Source: Azolla caroliniana
Lineage: Eukaryota; Plantae; Polypodiophyta
NCBI GenBank assembly: GCA_043228905.1
Contig: JBHGNT010000005.1
Span: 12,462,001 to 12,526,000 of the forward strand
Direction of reading: 5' to 3'
Length of the DNA stretch: 64,000 bases
Under the pieces are notes generated by a model. The model saw nothing but the letters and a program-made list of their open reading frames with translations, was not told the DNA's origin and did not search any database. This document shows positions 1-18,000 of the stretch, in pieces (within the stretch, counting starts at the first letter, position 1; the number at the start of each line of letters is the position of its first letter). A program made the position numbers and the translations under genes.

Positions 1-552
1 AAGCCCGATGCTGTAAAAATTGGTTATGTCGGCCGTGAGTTAGGTGGCCAAGTTGTTGCTTGGTGGCGTGGCCTAAGGACTGCAAAGAACTTACCCACAC
101 CTATTTTTAAGAAATAGTTTTTGCAGCCACCTTCTCAAACTGAACAAGTGCAACACTTGCTCACGTTGTCGAGTAAGCCATTTATCTCTCTCAAGGATTA
201 TGTGCATCATGCTCTAACCCAGATCCAAAAATCAGGACTTACGGGTGAGAAATGGTTTTTTGCTTGCTTTTTGAATGGTATTCCTAATGGGGATTACCAT
301 TGGATTGTCCATGACAAGGACCCCACAATTTTTTAGGAAGCCGTCAACATTGTACTTCGGTACCATAGGACTTCCAAGAAAGACCACAATAAACCTGAGT
401 TTGCCAAAACTCCGAATGTCAAGTTCATTGGGAAACGTAACCAATCCAATGACACTCTTGACCGCAACTCCAAGACACCTAAACTCTTCTGTGCATATTG
501 CAAGAAGCAGGGCCACACAAAGGATACCTATCGTGGTCTTGAGAGGAAGTCA

Positions 553-3500
553 ATGAACACCCCTCCTCAAGGCAAATCTACGATTCACACAGGTGAGTCT
601 TTTGATGTTGTTGAAGTTCATACCAACCACTTAAGTTCATGTGAATGCACTTTTCCTTCACATTTACTTGAAACTAATGATTTACTCCAAGTTGTCGGGT
701 ATATCAATGGAACACAAGCACATTTCTTGTTTGATTCCGGTAGTTCTCACAATTTTCTTAATGATCACTTTGTGCAGCAAATGGAATTCCACATAAACGC
801 AAGTGATCATATCTATCAAGTTCACATGGCAAATGGAAGCGTTCAACACATCAATGGCATTGTTTGTCAACTGCCAATTCAAATAGATACCTATTTGGAG
901 AAGCTAGACTTTCATGTTATGAAACTTCAATCCACAGATGTCATTTTAGGATACCCTTGGTTTTTTAATAAAAACCCTTCTTTGTCCATTGATTGGGTTA
1001 ATCACTCAAATACATTTGAACTTAATAATTGTAAACATTTTATTCAATGTTCCAAACTTCCTTCTTCTAAATCTTTAAGTGAGTATTCTAGTTCATTAAT
1101 TTATTCGTGTCTAATTGATCCTGCACTTCAATTTTATTATTTTAATATTAACGTCACACCATTGCCACATTATGAACAATGATTACTCGACTCTATTTTA
1201 GATGATTTTCAAGAGGTGTTTCCTAACGAATTGTCGCTTACTGTACCACCAAAACGAATGTGGACCATCAAATTGAACTCATCCTCGGTGTTGCTCTTGT
1301 GATCATTCCACCTTACCAACTTAGTCAATTAGAAGAGGATGAGATCGCTAAACAACTTAAGGAATACTTGAGTATGGGCCACATTAGGTATAGTAAATCA
1401 CCTTGGGGTGCGCTAGTTCTATTAGTAAAGAAGAAGGAAGGTTCATGGCAAATGTGTATCAATTATTGCCGTTTGAATAAAATGACAATTAAAAATGCAT
1501 ATCCGTTACCTCGTGCTGATGATTTGATTGATCGTTTGAATGGGGCTCGATATTTTACGAAAATTGACTTACGAATAGGTTATCATCATATTCGCATTGC
1601 CAAGGATGATATTCCTAAAACCGCTTTTCGTACGTGCTATGGCCATTATGAGTTTTTAGTCATGCCTTTCGGATTGACTAATGCTCCAGCCACATTCCAA
1701 CAAGCGATGAATGACGTTTTCCGAGATCAACTCGGTGATTTTGTTGTCGTCTTCTTGGATGATATTTTGATATATAGTCGTACCTTGCAAGATCATGTTC
1801 AACATGTTCAATTTGTTTTGCAAAAGTTGTGTGCCAACTCTTTCTATCCAAAACATTCAAAATGTGATTTTTTCCAAAAATCTATTGTGTACCTAGGTCA
1901 TTTAATTACAGAAAATGGTGTTGAAATTGAACCTTCTCGTATTGAAAAGGTTAAACTTTGGCCCATTCCTCGTAATATTCGTGAACTGCGATCATTCTTA
2001 GGGTTTGTTGGATTTTTACGAAAATCAATTCGTAATTATTCCAAATTGACTATGCCATTAACTAACCTTTTAAAAGGTCATCCACGTAAGTTTGCCAAAC
2101 CAATTGCATGGAATGAACAACTTGACAAATCATTTGAGACACTCAAAGAGCATGTGTGTCAGGTTCCCACTCTTCTATTACTGGACCCTTCTAAGCCTTT
2201 CTCAATCGAAACCGATGCCAATGATTATGTTATTGGTGTCATTCTTTATCCTATTGCTTTTGAAAGTAAGAAGCTTGATGCTACTCAATCTCAGTATTCA
2301 GTTCAAGAGAAAGAGTTGTTTGCGGTAATACATGCACTTAAATCATGGAGGCACTATCTCTATGGAAATAAATTTGTGGTTACAACAAACCATCAATCAT
2401 TGAAGTATTTTTGTGACCAGCAAGATCTTGTTGGTTGTAAGCTGACCTTATCCAAGATTTTGATTTTTCCATACAGTATTGCAAGGGTTCTATGAACACT
2501 GTTGCAGATTCTCTTAGTTGCATTAAAGAAGTTAACATGCTTATCTTCACGGAAATAAAATCTGATCTTTTAGATCACCTTCGAGGGAAATACCTTGATG
2601 ACAGTTATTTTTCGAAATACTGCATGAAAGCCGAATCTGGTTTAGATGTCGATACTAGCACCCTATCCTCGAAGGCAACCTTTCACATTACAAACGGTTT
2701 GCTCTACCGTAGTGGAAAGGTCTGTGTTCTAGATTTACCAAAAGTAAAGCAGAAAATTCTTCATGAATGTCATGATGCACCATTTGTTGGTCATCCTAGC
2801 ATACAACGCACACTCGTTCTCATCTCGAGTACATTTTTCTGGCCTAAGATGCGCTCTGACGTGCATAAATACGTAACTCAATACTTACAATGTCAGATTT
2901 ATAAGTCTGAACGACTTAAAGATGCGGGTCTTTTACATCCCTTAGATATTCCCAACAACAAATGGGAATGTATCTCGATGGATTTTATTGTTAGTTTACC
3001 TCGTACATAGAGGAGAGGGGTCATGATGCCATTTGGGTTGTCGTTGACAGACTAACAAAATTGGCTAGATTTATTCCTATCAAAACCATAGTAACCGCTC
3101 AACAATTGGCTTATCAATTTGTTGATGAGTTATTTCACTTTTATGGATTACTGATGGATATTGTAAGTGATCGAGATTCCAAGTTTACTAGTGACTTTTG
3201 GACTCAGGTCTTTAAGAAACTAGAAACTACGTTGAGCATGAGTTCCGCAGATCATCCTCAGTCTTATGGACAAACTGAACGAGTTAATCAAATTATTGAG
3301 GACATGCTTCGACCTTATGTAGCAAAAACCCCTTCTAAGTGGGAGCAATACCTTCCTATCTTAGAATTTGCCTATAATAGCTCTAAACACACATCCACTG
3401 GATATAGTCCTTTTATGTTGATGTATGGTTTTCAGCCACGTGCCCTAGTTGATGTCACAATTCATCGTGATACATTAGATCGTACACACAATTTTTTGCA

Positions 3501-4043
3501 AGACATTAACCAATTGTTGCATATTGCCAAAGAGAATGTCAAGACGGCTCAAGATCGTGCTCAATTTTATGATGATCAGGAAAGACGTCCTCGTGCATTT
3601 ACAATTGGTCAAAAAGTTTTTTTGCGTGTCCCTACTGACTCTACGTCATTGTCTACGGGCAAGTGCGCTAAGTTAGCCCCATGATATTGTGGCCCATTTG
3701 AAATCCTTAAGCGGGTTGGGTCATCTGCTTATCACCTTGCCCTACCCCGTAACGTTGGTATTCATCCTGTTTTTCATGTCAGTCGTCTAAACCCATTTTT
3801 AGGCTCTGGTAATAACACCCTCACAATCCAAGATCTTGTAGCATTAGAGGATTTTTCTTACAAACCTCATGTTCCTAAACGAATTCTTGATTCTCGTACT
3901 AAACGATTACGTTCTAAAGAGATTCGGCTATTCAAGATCAAATGGATGGATAAACCTATTGATGATGCCACATGGGAACGCGAGCATACTCTTAAGGCAC
4001 AATTTCCTCACTTTATATTGCAAGAGTGCAATCTTTTGGAGTA
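553..4043 (+). pseudogene. Disrupted Gypsy pol (PR-RT-RH-IN-chromodomain)
   Basis: Canonical domain order split across several ORFs by stops and frameshifts. Confidence 0.9.
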
Positions 4044-4051
4044 GGGGAGTA

Positions 4052-4175
4052 TGTTATGTACACATAACATTGGTGAGGGTAGGTCACTAATATTTACATA
4101 ACGAGTTCTTCTATCCATTCTACTTTCCTTCTTTTACTTTAGTTTGGTCTATTGATTAGTAATAGACTCTTAACA
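4052..4175 (+). repeat. Short (124 bp) 3' LTR of the chromovirus
   Basis: Follows the PPT, bounded by TGTTA...TAACA inverted termini, ends exactly where Copia homology resumes. Confidence 0.75.
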
Positions 4176-6968
4176 TGACCAGTCAAACGCAGAGCCGGCG
4201 AGTAGTAGTCACTCGGCCGTGTATTCCCCGCGCAAGAAGCCGAGGAGACGGCTTACGCGCGAAGAGTAGGGAAAGAAGAAGATGTCGGAGTACACTTATA
4301 AGGACGAGTTGGATCGAAGCGAATCTGACTCCGAGAAGAACGAAGACGGACCTCCAGAAATGAAGTCCACGTCAGCCAAGAGGGCCTCAAAATTGGCTAT
4401 TGAGCAATTACGCCGATCTACCCGCCAAAAGAACCCCGTGGTGCACTTCGGATACAACGAGTACATGGCGCATCATTACGCGTACATGACGCGAGTGGTG
4501 GAAGTGTGTGAGCCAGAGAGCTACACAAAAGCGGCGAAGGACGCGAACTGGCGTGCCGTCATGAAGGAAGAGATGCATGCGTTATCAGACAATGAGACTT
4601 GGGACCTGGTTGACACACCTAAAGGTGTGAAGCCGATCAGATGCAGATGGGTGTACAAGGTGAAGTACAACATCGACCGCTCAGTCAACCGATACAAGGC
4701 CCGGTTAGGAGCGAAAGGCTACGCACAAAAGCACCATGTCGATTACGACAAGACCTTCACACCTGTCACAAAGATGACCATTGTCCGTGTTCTGCTAGCT
4801 ATAGCAGCGGCGAAGGGGTTGCACTTACATCAGATGGATGTAAAGAATGTGTTCCTGCAAGGTGATCTTGAGGAACAAGTATACATGGTACAACCCCCGG
4901 ATTTCTATCGGACCGGAACACCCCGATAGTTTGCCGATTGAAGAAATCCCTCTATGGACTAAAGCAAGCCCCACGCACATGGAATGCGAACATCACGCAG
5001 CGTTTGCATCGTATGGGGTTTACAACGTCCAAATTGGACCCTTCATTGTTCGTTCAACAAGGTCAACATGGACCAGTTAGTCTCTTACTTTATGTTGATG
5101 ATCTAGTCATCGCCGGTGCCGACCTAGATGAAATCGGCCGCGTCAAGTCTCAGTTTGCGGCATCATTCGACATGAAGGATCTAGGGGACCTTCATTACTT
5201 CCTAGGGATCGAAGTGATCCGCACCCCCGAAGGCATACTGATCAGCCAATGTCACTATGTGCTAAATATGCTCTTCAAGTTCAGGATGGCAGATTGTAAG
5301 CCCATCTCGACCCCTCTAAACTGAAACGCAAAGCTTCGTTGAGATTCGGACAAGGTTCTGACAGATCGTCGGAAGCCTAATCTATTTGACGATCACTTGG
5401 CCGGATCTTAGTTACCTGGTCGTCTTGATCAGTCAATTTATGTCGCAACCCATGTCAAAACATTTTCAGTGCGCGCAGAGAATATTGTGATATGTCAGCG
5501 GCACTAAGGACATGGCGTTGTTATAGCATGCAGGAGTAACCGAACAGTTAGTTGGCTACACGGATGTCGATTGGGCCGGAAATGCCAGCAATCACAGATC
5601 AACATCAGGATACGCATTCTCGTTGGGAAGTGCGGTGATGCGTGGAGCAGTAAGAAGCAGCTGACAGTGGCATTGTCGAGCACGGAGGCCGAGTACTGAG
5701 GGGTGGTTGTCGCTACGTGCAAAGTCATTTGGCTCAAAAGGCTACTCAAGAATCTACATGTGGAGGTGTCTACTCTGATGACAATCTACTGTGACAACCT
5801 CAGCAACATCCAACTTGTGAAAAACCCTGTATTCCACGCCCAGACCAAGCACATTGAGGTGCACTACCATTTTGTCCGCGAGCGTGTCCTCTCCTGTGTA
5901 TGTTCCGACGGGTCGACAAACTGCCGATATTTTCACCAAGCCTCTTGGTCTTGACAAGTTGCGGCAATTCTTAGGTGCGCTTGGGTTGCGCCACCTCAAC
6001 GTGCCGAACTTGAGGGGGAGACAAGAACAAGAGCATGAGAGGAGTGGAAGTGACCATGATTCCAAGTCGAATGAAGAATTCGATTTCGGGTCGACTGTAG
6101 AAGTTGAAGGAGAAGAAAGGGGCAACAACCGCAGGGAAGAGCCAAAGACAGCCGAGCTAGGGGGGAGATAAAGCCAAGAAGGAGGAAAAGGCCAAGACCA
6201 AGATATGGTCGGATGTGGTCAAGGGCCTGAAGACAGAAGATAAATTGGAGACCGCCAATTCGGGCGAAAGCGGAGACGAATCGGAAGCGACCGATTCAAT
6301 CGAAATGTTCGATTCGGACATGCCGAATCAACTAAAGGATAAGCGGAGGAAAGGGTAGCGAATGAGGTGCCAACACCGCGACAACAAGGGAGCTGAGAAA
6401 GGCCGCATGAGCAGAGAAACCAAGCAAAAGGGTCAAAGCGCGCAGAATTGAACGAGTCGAGGAGCGCGAGCAAGGCCTGAAGTCAGGAGAAGCTAGAACA
6501 AAGATCAGGAAGAGCAGGCAAAACCTCAAGTTGAGCTTGAGGGGGAGTGTTGAGATACAAGCTCAACATTGGGTGCGTAAACCAGTCCGTAAACCAATGC
6601 GTAGATTGGGTGTGTAAACCGGGTGCGCAACGAGAGCCATAGTGGTGCGTAAACCAAGAGGCCGTTGGAAAGATAATCCGCGGCGGAATATATTTTGGGA
6701 GTTAGTGTGGGGGTTCATTGATGAGCATTGAAGTACGTCTCAATACTTCTATCAGTCCGTATGGACTTGTATAAAGTGCTCTCTGAGCACATCCTATGTA
6801 CAGAGTGTTATTTTCTTGGAATAGAACTGTTGTTTGCTCTCTCTCTCTCTCTCTCTCTCTCCCTCTTCTTCTTCTCTCTGTGTTTTCTATGTTTCACCGA
6901 ACTATCATATTTCCGAACTGTGTATTCTGTGCCTTTTATGCACACACTTCCGCACATATGCCTTTTCA
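4176..6968 (+). mobile_element. Ty1/Copia 3' half (RT, RNase H, charged tail, 3' LTR), degenerate
   Basis: QMDVKNVFL, LKKSLYGLKQAPR, LYVDDL and KHIEVHYHFVRE motifs with stops and frameshifts. PPT TTGAGGGGGAG then LTR from 6548. Confidence 0.93.
6548..6968 (+). repeat. Copia 3' LTR
   Basis: Starts TGTTGAGATACAAGCTCAACA as do the LTRs at 14639, 19892 and 22144. Ends TTTTCA where LINE homology begins. Confidence 0.85.
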
Positions 6969-7780
6969 AAAAGTGGCCATAAAAACACATGCTTACAATT
7001 CAATGTTACCCAAACAAGGCATTCTTGTTTCAACAAAGCATGATAGTCCACTACAAGGGACCACTGCATTACATGCACTAATCGTTTATCAAAGAACACA
7101 GAAACTTTATCCAACAATGTACTTCGATGTTTAGGGAAATGAAATACTACATAATAAAACCCTCGTGGTATGTTCTTGACACAATTTGGTGACACGATTG
7201 TGTTCAACCATTGTTTAATCCAATTTATGTATGAAAGTTTTCTAGTAAAAAATAATATAATTACACAATCATAGAATACATCAAAAGATTGTGGCACATC
7301 CTTAGCATCAACTTCCTCATCGATACATTCTTTTGTTGCATTTTCATTTTCTTTCACAATATCATACAACGTCTACTGTCTACATATGTCAATTTCTTCA
7401 AACTAATTTCCTCAATACCCTTAAGTCTCTTAAAGCTCCCAAATTCTTCCTTTGCGCGATTACATTCTACCATGATATTAGTCTTAATTAGATCAATTGT
7501 TCCCATATCTCTATCCCCCACAATTTGTGAGGAAGTCATGTTTATATTCGCTATTCTTGATGTGGTATCAAGCCAAGATAAAAATGATTTTCCATGAACG
7601 AGAGAGAAACCTAGAACTCACCCACTTGAAGAGATCGAAGATGAAGAAGACAACATGAGACCTGCAATGCGTATTGAGTATGTGTATCTGCACGATTCTT
7701 TATTTCTATTATTGCTACTAATACACACCACCAATTTAAACTTGTTATAGCATTACAAAGCTCTAACCGAGAGCTTTCCT
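6969..7780 (-). mobile_element. L1-like LINE 5' portion (ORF1 fragment), interrupted by the Copia
   Basis: ORF 6905..7369 (INWIKQWLNTIVSPNC...GFYYVVF) closely matches 45837..46439, which belongs to the LINE with zinc knuckle and endonuclease at 39138..40273. Confidence 0.75.
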
Positions 7781-9027
7781 CTCTCTCTCTCTCTCACGCT
7801 TGCACACACATTAACCAAGACCACACGTTAACAAGAGGTACAAGTTGTGGCAAAGGCATGACATCAATGGTCTTGTTGTTACAAATCATGTGAAACTATG
7901 AGAGGGCTTGATAAAAGACCGAAGAACGATCACCTCTCTCCACCTCTAACAAATGATTCTCATAGCTTTCTTCAATGGTACCATTGCTCCATGCACACCC
8001 GTTCTACAATGTGCGCACATGTTCTCATAGCTTTACACCATAGTGCATGAGCTTATCACACAATAATATTGTGCCATACATGAAGATTGTGTTTGTATTG
8101 AGTAGACCCCAACAACGACATTATCCGTCAACATGGGAAGTAGCTCCCATGGCTTGGAATATATTTGTTCCATTTGCACAATATCACCAACAATTTCCTA
8201 GCTGAATCTACAAACCAAGCTTAATATGAACATCATTTAATACGAACTTTAATATACAAACATATTATTGAGTTTTTTTAATATTAGGTATTGGTTTTTA
8301 AGTCATATTGTAGAATTATTGGTTTTATACTGTTCAAATTGACTTTCCCTTCCAAGATCCAACATCCATCACCTAGCAGCTAGTCATATACATAGTTATT
8401 AGAGATGGCCATGTTATGAGCCATATTGTTAAATTATTGATTTTATAGTGTTTGAATTGACATTCCCTTCAAAGATCCAATATCCATCACCCACCAAGTA
8501 TGTCTAGTACTTGAGCATAAAACTTCCCAAGTAAATTAAGGACCAAATAGTGACAAAGATGTCACGAGAATCAAATACAATCGATCAGGCTTCCACTTCT
8601 GGTAATATGGGAACAGACCAAGAACACTTATGTTCCATCATACATAATAAAACAACAGTTGTAAAAATACAGAATCACAAGGAGAGATTGCATTTTCCTA
8701 GTGATGATAAAGTCCAGAGAATCACATACATTTGGTTAGTTTTCCCTCCGGTATCCATGATAAAACAACATTTGAAACTAAAACACTATCATAAGAAGAG
8801 ATTGCATTTTCCTAAATGTATATTTGATTTGCATATAACAGTTAATAGCCATTCTAACTTAGCCTAAAATGAAGGATAACTTGAGATAGTTCCAACATTA
8901 CTCATATATTACATCTACAACTATATATCTGTGTATAAATATAATTCAAATTTCCCAAAAAAAATACACGCAGCAACCCGCTTATTATAATATATTCACC
9001 GTCTATCTATGATCAAAACCCTTCATT

Positions 9028-13784
<4,757 letters not shown>

Positions 13785-13791
13785 GGTCCAG

Positions 13792-13833
<42 letters not shown>

Positions 13834-14638
13834 ACAGACGGAGAGACAGAAGGCAAGTATGTACATAAAGAAATGAGGGGGAGGGGCATTCAAACGGTTT
13901 CACATTCGTCCGGACACATTGGACTTCTACGTCGTGAGCAGCATTCCGTGGACGCCAAACGCAGGGAAGAAAGTAGGGCACAAGTGCTGCCATTTTCTCG
14001 GATCCGTATGGGAAAATTTCAGATTTCTTCAACAGCAGTAATGGTGTGGTGCTAAGCGTGTATGCATTAATGAATTAGAACAAATGGTTGCCAAAGCAAA
14101 ACGCATTGAAAAAGTTGACATTGGGCATGTAGTCGTCATGTTTTTGTTGAGTGCAATTGACATGGTAGTCCTTGCAAATGCTTTGGAATATGAACAAAAA
14201 CTTACGAACGCCCTGGAAGAATTTTGCATGCAAACTAATTTGCATGTCAATAGCCAAAAAATTGCTTCTATAGAGCCAAATTACAGATAACCCATGCACT
14301 ATTACAAGAATGAGCCAACTGAAACCATAGAAAGCTTTATGTACACCGTGGCCTTGACGTTCCCTCAAATTATGCATTTGAGAGGTTTATATATGCAATG
14401 GTGGAGAAATTGAATATTCGGTCTTAAAGAAATGCCTATTTAACACTTTGGTGATGTTGATGCTTCCCGATGGGGTGGAAGTATGAGGAAGTGGCATCCC
14501 TAACTTCTAAATCAACTTGGGAAGTGTTTGGAAATGTCGTGGAGAGATTGAATCACTTCCCATTGACATCATGGTCATGGAAAGCGTTATTGAATACACA
14601 TTCCACTTCCCAAACACATCCAAAAGACACATAAAGAG

Positions 14639-15086
14639 TGTTGAGATACAAGCTCAACATTGGGTACATAAATGGGTGTGTAACCTAGTGCATAAAACCG
14701 TACGCACAAAGGCTGTAACGGTGCGTAAGCCGAGAGGCTGTTAGAGCGTTATTCCTTGTAAGGAATAATTTTGGGAGTTAGCGTAGGAGGCTCATTAATG
14801 AGCATTGAAGTATGTGTCAGTACTCTGACAATACTTCTGTATGTCCATAAGGACTTGTATAAAAAGCATTGATTGAGCGCATCTTGTATAGAGTGACAGA
14901 GAGTTATTTTTTAATCTAAGTTTTGTGTGTTCTACTCACTCTCTCTCACACACACACTCTCTCACACACACTCTCTCTCTTCTGTATATGTTGTGTCGTG
15001 TTCAAAGCTTTCCATTAAACCTTCTCTTCGTCATCTGTGTTACACGGTTCTGTCTGTTATGCTTCCACACACAATATTCTTTTACA
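14639..15086 (+). repeat. Copia 5' LTR
   Basis: TG...CA, followed directly by the PBS; about 90% similar by eye to 22144-22574. Confidence 0.93.
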
Positions 15087-15098
15087 TGGTATCAGAGC
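15087..15098 (+). promoter_or_regulatory. Primer binding site, tRNA-iMet
   Basis: TGGTATCAGAGC immediately after the LTR. Confidence 0.95.
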
Positions 15099-18000
15099 GC
15101 AAGGGTTGAAATCCTCTACAGCCGACAAACATTAGACAAACATCAAGAACTAAAGAGAAATAAGAATGGATAGAGGGATGGCTAGCTCGCTTCCTACAGA
15201 GAAGCTGAATAGAAGCAACTATGCATCTTGGTCGTACAAGATGCACCAATACTTGCTTGGGCATGGCTACTGGAGTTATGTCAATGGAGCTAACGACACA
15301 ACACCCGAATCGACACACAGAGACTTCCCGGCCTGGGAATAGTCAGCGAGTAGAGTTCTCTACTGCTTTGCGTCCTGTGTGAGCGAACAACTCTTGAGCT
15401 ACATTCGGGATGCAAGAACGCCGAAGGATGCTTGGGGAAATCTGAAAAAGATTTTCGCCACAAGCACCACAACCAGGAAGCTCCAACTTCGACAGGAGTT
15501 GAGCAATGTGCGTCAACGTGACATGACGGTGGCTGACTACACCTCCAAGTTAAAAGATATCTGTGATTCTCTTGCCTCCATCGATGTGAACGTTGAGGAG
15601 GGCGAAATGGTGTAGATCTACCTTGGAGGATTGGCATCGAAGTTTGAAGCATTCCGAACTGCTATTTGTACAAGGGAGAATACGCCGTCGTTTTTCGACT
15701 TGCAGTCGATGCTCCTTGTAGAGGAGAATCACATGGGTGCGTCGACGAGTACGCACTCCGACAACAAGATGTTGTACACGGAGGGAGATAGGCCACGTGG
15801 ACGTGGTGGACAAGGCAAATCAGCACACAATGGAGGCGGTTGACGGGAGCAAGGAAGCAGGGGGAGTCGACGAGTCGACGAGAACCGGTAAGGGAAACAC
15901 GCCACGGAATGCTGGTATTGTGGCAAGAAAGGCCACAAGGAGAGCGAGTGCTGGAAGAAGCACACCGATTCGGAGAAAACCGGATCCGGATCCGGACCGA
16001 CCGAACAAGGAAATCGGCAGTGGACGCACTACACCGAAGGATCCGAAAAAGTCGGAAAGGGGACAACCTTCGTGACAAGACACGCAACGAACTCGATGAA
16101 GAAGACCACCCCAAAATCGGACGAAGAGTGGTACGTTGACTCCGGAGCGTCAAAACATATGACGAACCATAAAGAGTGGTTCTCATATCTTGAAAAACCG
16201 GAACAACTGGGAGTAGTCACAACAGGAGACGACACTCCGCATCCGATCGTACATGTCGGTGAAGTTCCCCTCAGCCACGTCGGGCAAAAAAGGAAGCAAG
16301 TGAACGTGTTACACGTCCCAACAATTACGAAGAATCTGGTGTCAGTCGGACAAATCGTCGACCAGGGGATGCAAGTCCGGTTCACGCATCTCGGGTGCTT
16401 CATTGAGGAAGAAGGCCAAGTTATTGCGCAAGGGCGCAGAGATGGGAGGATGTTCATCCTTGACACCAATGACGTAGGCACCGCCATGTTCGCGAAAGAG
16501 CAAAAAGTCGAGTCGGATATTGACTTGTGGCACAAGTGGATAGGCCACGTCAACTACCAAAGGCTTCAGGACCTGCAATCGAAACAAGTTGTGTTCGGAT
16601 TGCCGAAATTCAGTGGCCGAAGGGCCCAAATTTATGAAGCCTGCTAGCTAGGGAAGCAACACTGACTTCCTTTCCCCAATGAGCGTAATTGGAGCCGAAA
16701 TAAGCTCGACTTGATACACTCAGATGTATGGGAACTAGCTTAGAACGTGAGTCTTGGCGGGAGTCGATATTTCGTCTCCTTCATCGATGACTACACCCGG
16801 CACACATGGATCTACCTCATCGAAAAGAAGGGTGAAGTCTTCGACTATTTCTAGAACCTCGAATATCTTGTCGAAAGGGAAACATGGAGGAAGATCAAGT
16901 GCCTGTGGTCAGATGGCGGAAAAGAGTACTTTTCCGGCCAATTCAACAGTTATCTGCAACAAATGGGAATTCGGCATGAATTCAGTTGCAGGTATACACC
17001 GGAGCAAAACGGCGTAGCCGAAAGGAAGAATCGGTCGGTTTTGGAAGCGGCACGGGCAATGCTAGAAGAAAAGAGCATGCCCAAGTTCTATTGGGCCGAA
17101 GCGGTCTGAACCGCGGTCTACATCCAGAATCAAATCGGAGAAAAACTGTCGACACATGAGCTGTATTTCAGAAGGAAGCCGAATATACAACACTTGAGGG
17201 TTTTCAGTAGCATCGCGTATGTGCATGTACTGAAGGAGAAGTGAAGGAACCTTGACGCAAAAGCCGAGAAGTGTATCTTGGTTGGCTATTCGGACGAACA
17301 AAAGGGTTATAAGTGTTATAACCTCCGAACCAAACAAGGTCGCGTAAGTCGCGATGTTGTGTTCGATGAGTCCGCGTCTTGGTATTTGCTTCTGACGGAC
17401 CTCAACTCCAATCTGAGCGCGAAGTCAGAACTCCTGAAGAGAGTCTGATCTCATTTTGACTAAGTCGACCGAATGAGCGACTAAGTCGGTTTGACCATTC
17501 AGATGAAGAGTCGGCGAGTAGTGGAGACTCGGTCGTGCATTCCCCGCGTAGGGAGCCGAAGAGATGACTTATGCGCAAAGAAAAGGGAAAGAAGAAGATG
17601 CCGGAGTACGGCACGGATAGGGACGAGTCGGATTGACACGAATCTGACTCCGAGAAGAGCAATGACGGGCCTTCAAGAGCGAAGCCCATGTCGGCCAAAA
17701 CGGCATCAACATCGGCTAATGAGCATTTACGCCGATCTACCCGCCAGAAGAACCTTGTTGTGCGGTTCGGATACAACGAGTACATGGCGCATCACTATGC
17801 GTACATGACACGTGTAGCAGAAGTGCGTGAGCCGGAGAGCTACGCAGAAGCAACAAAGGATGCGAATTGGTGTGCCACCATGGAGGAAGAGATGAACGCA
17901 CTTGCGGAGAATGAAACCTAGAACCTGGGTGACGTCCCCAAGGGTGTAAAGCCGAGTGGATGCAGGTGGGTGTACAAGTTCAAGTACAACACCGACGGCT

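Larger units (their letters stand above)
1..4175 (+). mobile_element. Ty3/Gypsy chromovirus, degenerate, 5' part outside window; nested inside a Copia element
   Basis: Fragmented gag, protease (FLFDSGSSHNF, 553..1182), RT/RNase H (VFLDDILIYS, 1260..2495), integrase (2492..3684) and chromodomain-like tail (~3870..4040). PPT GAGTAGGGGAG at 4039..4049. Copia sequence resumes at 4176. Confidence 0.92.

Noticed and set aside
7800-8250. Possible decayed transposase-like sequence
   Set aside because: No recognisable motif or termini could be established by eye.
8300-8820. Two pairs of degenerate ~120-bp-period direct repeats downstream of UBC
   Set aside because: Ordinary local duplications; no unique-spacer structure, so not CRISPR-like.
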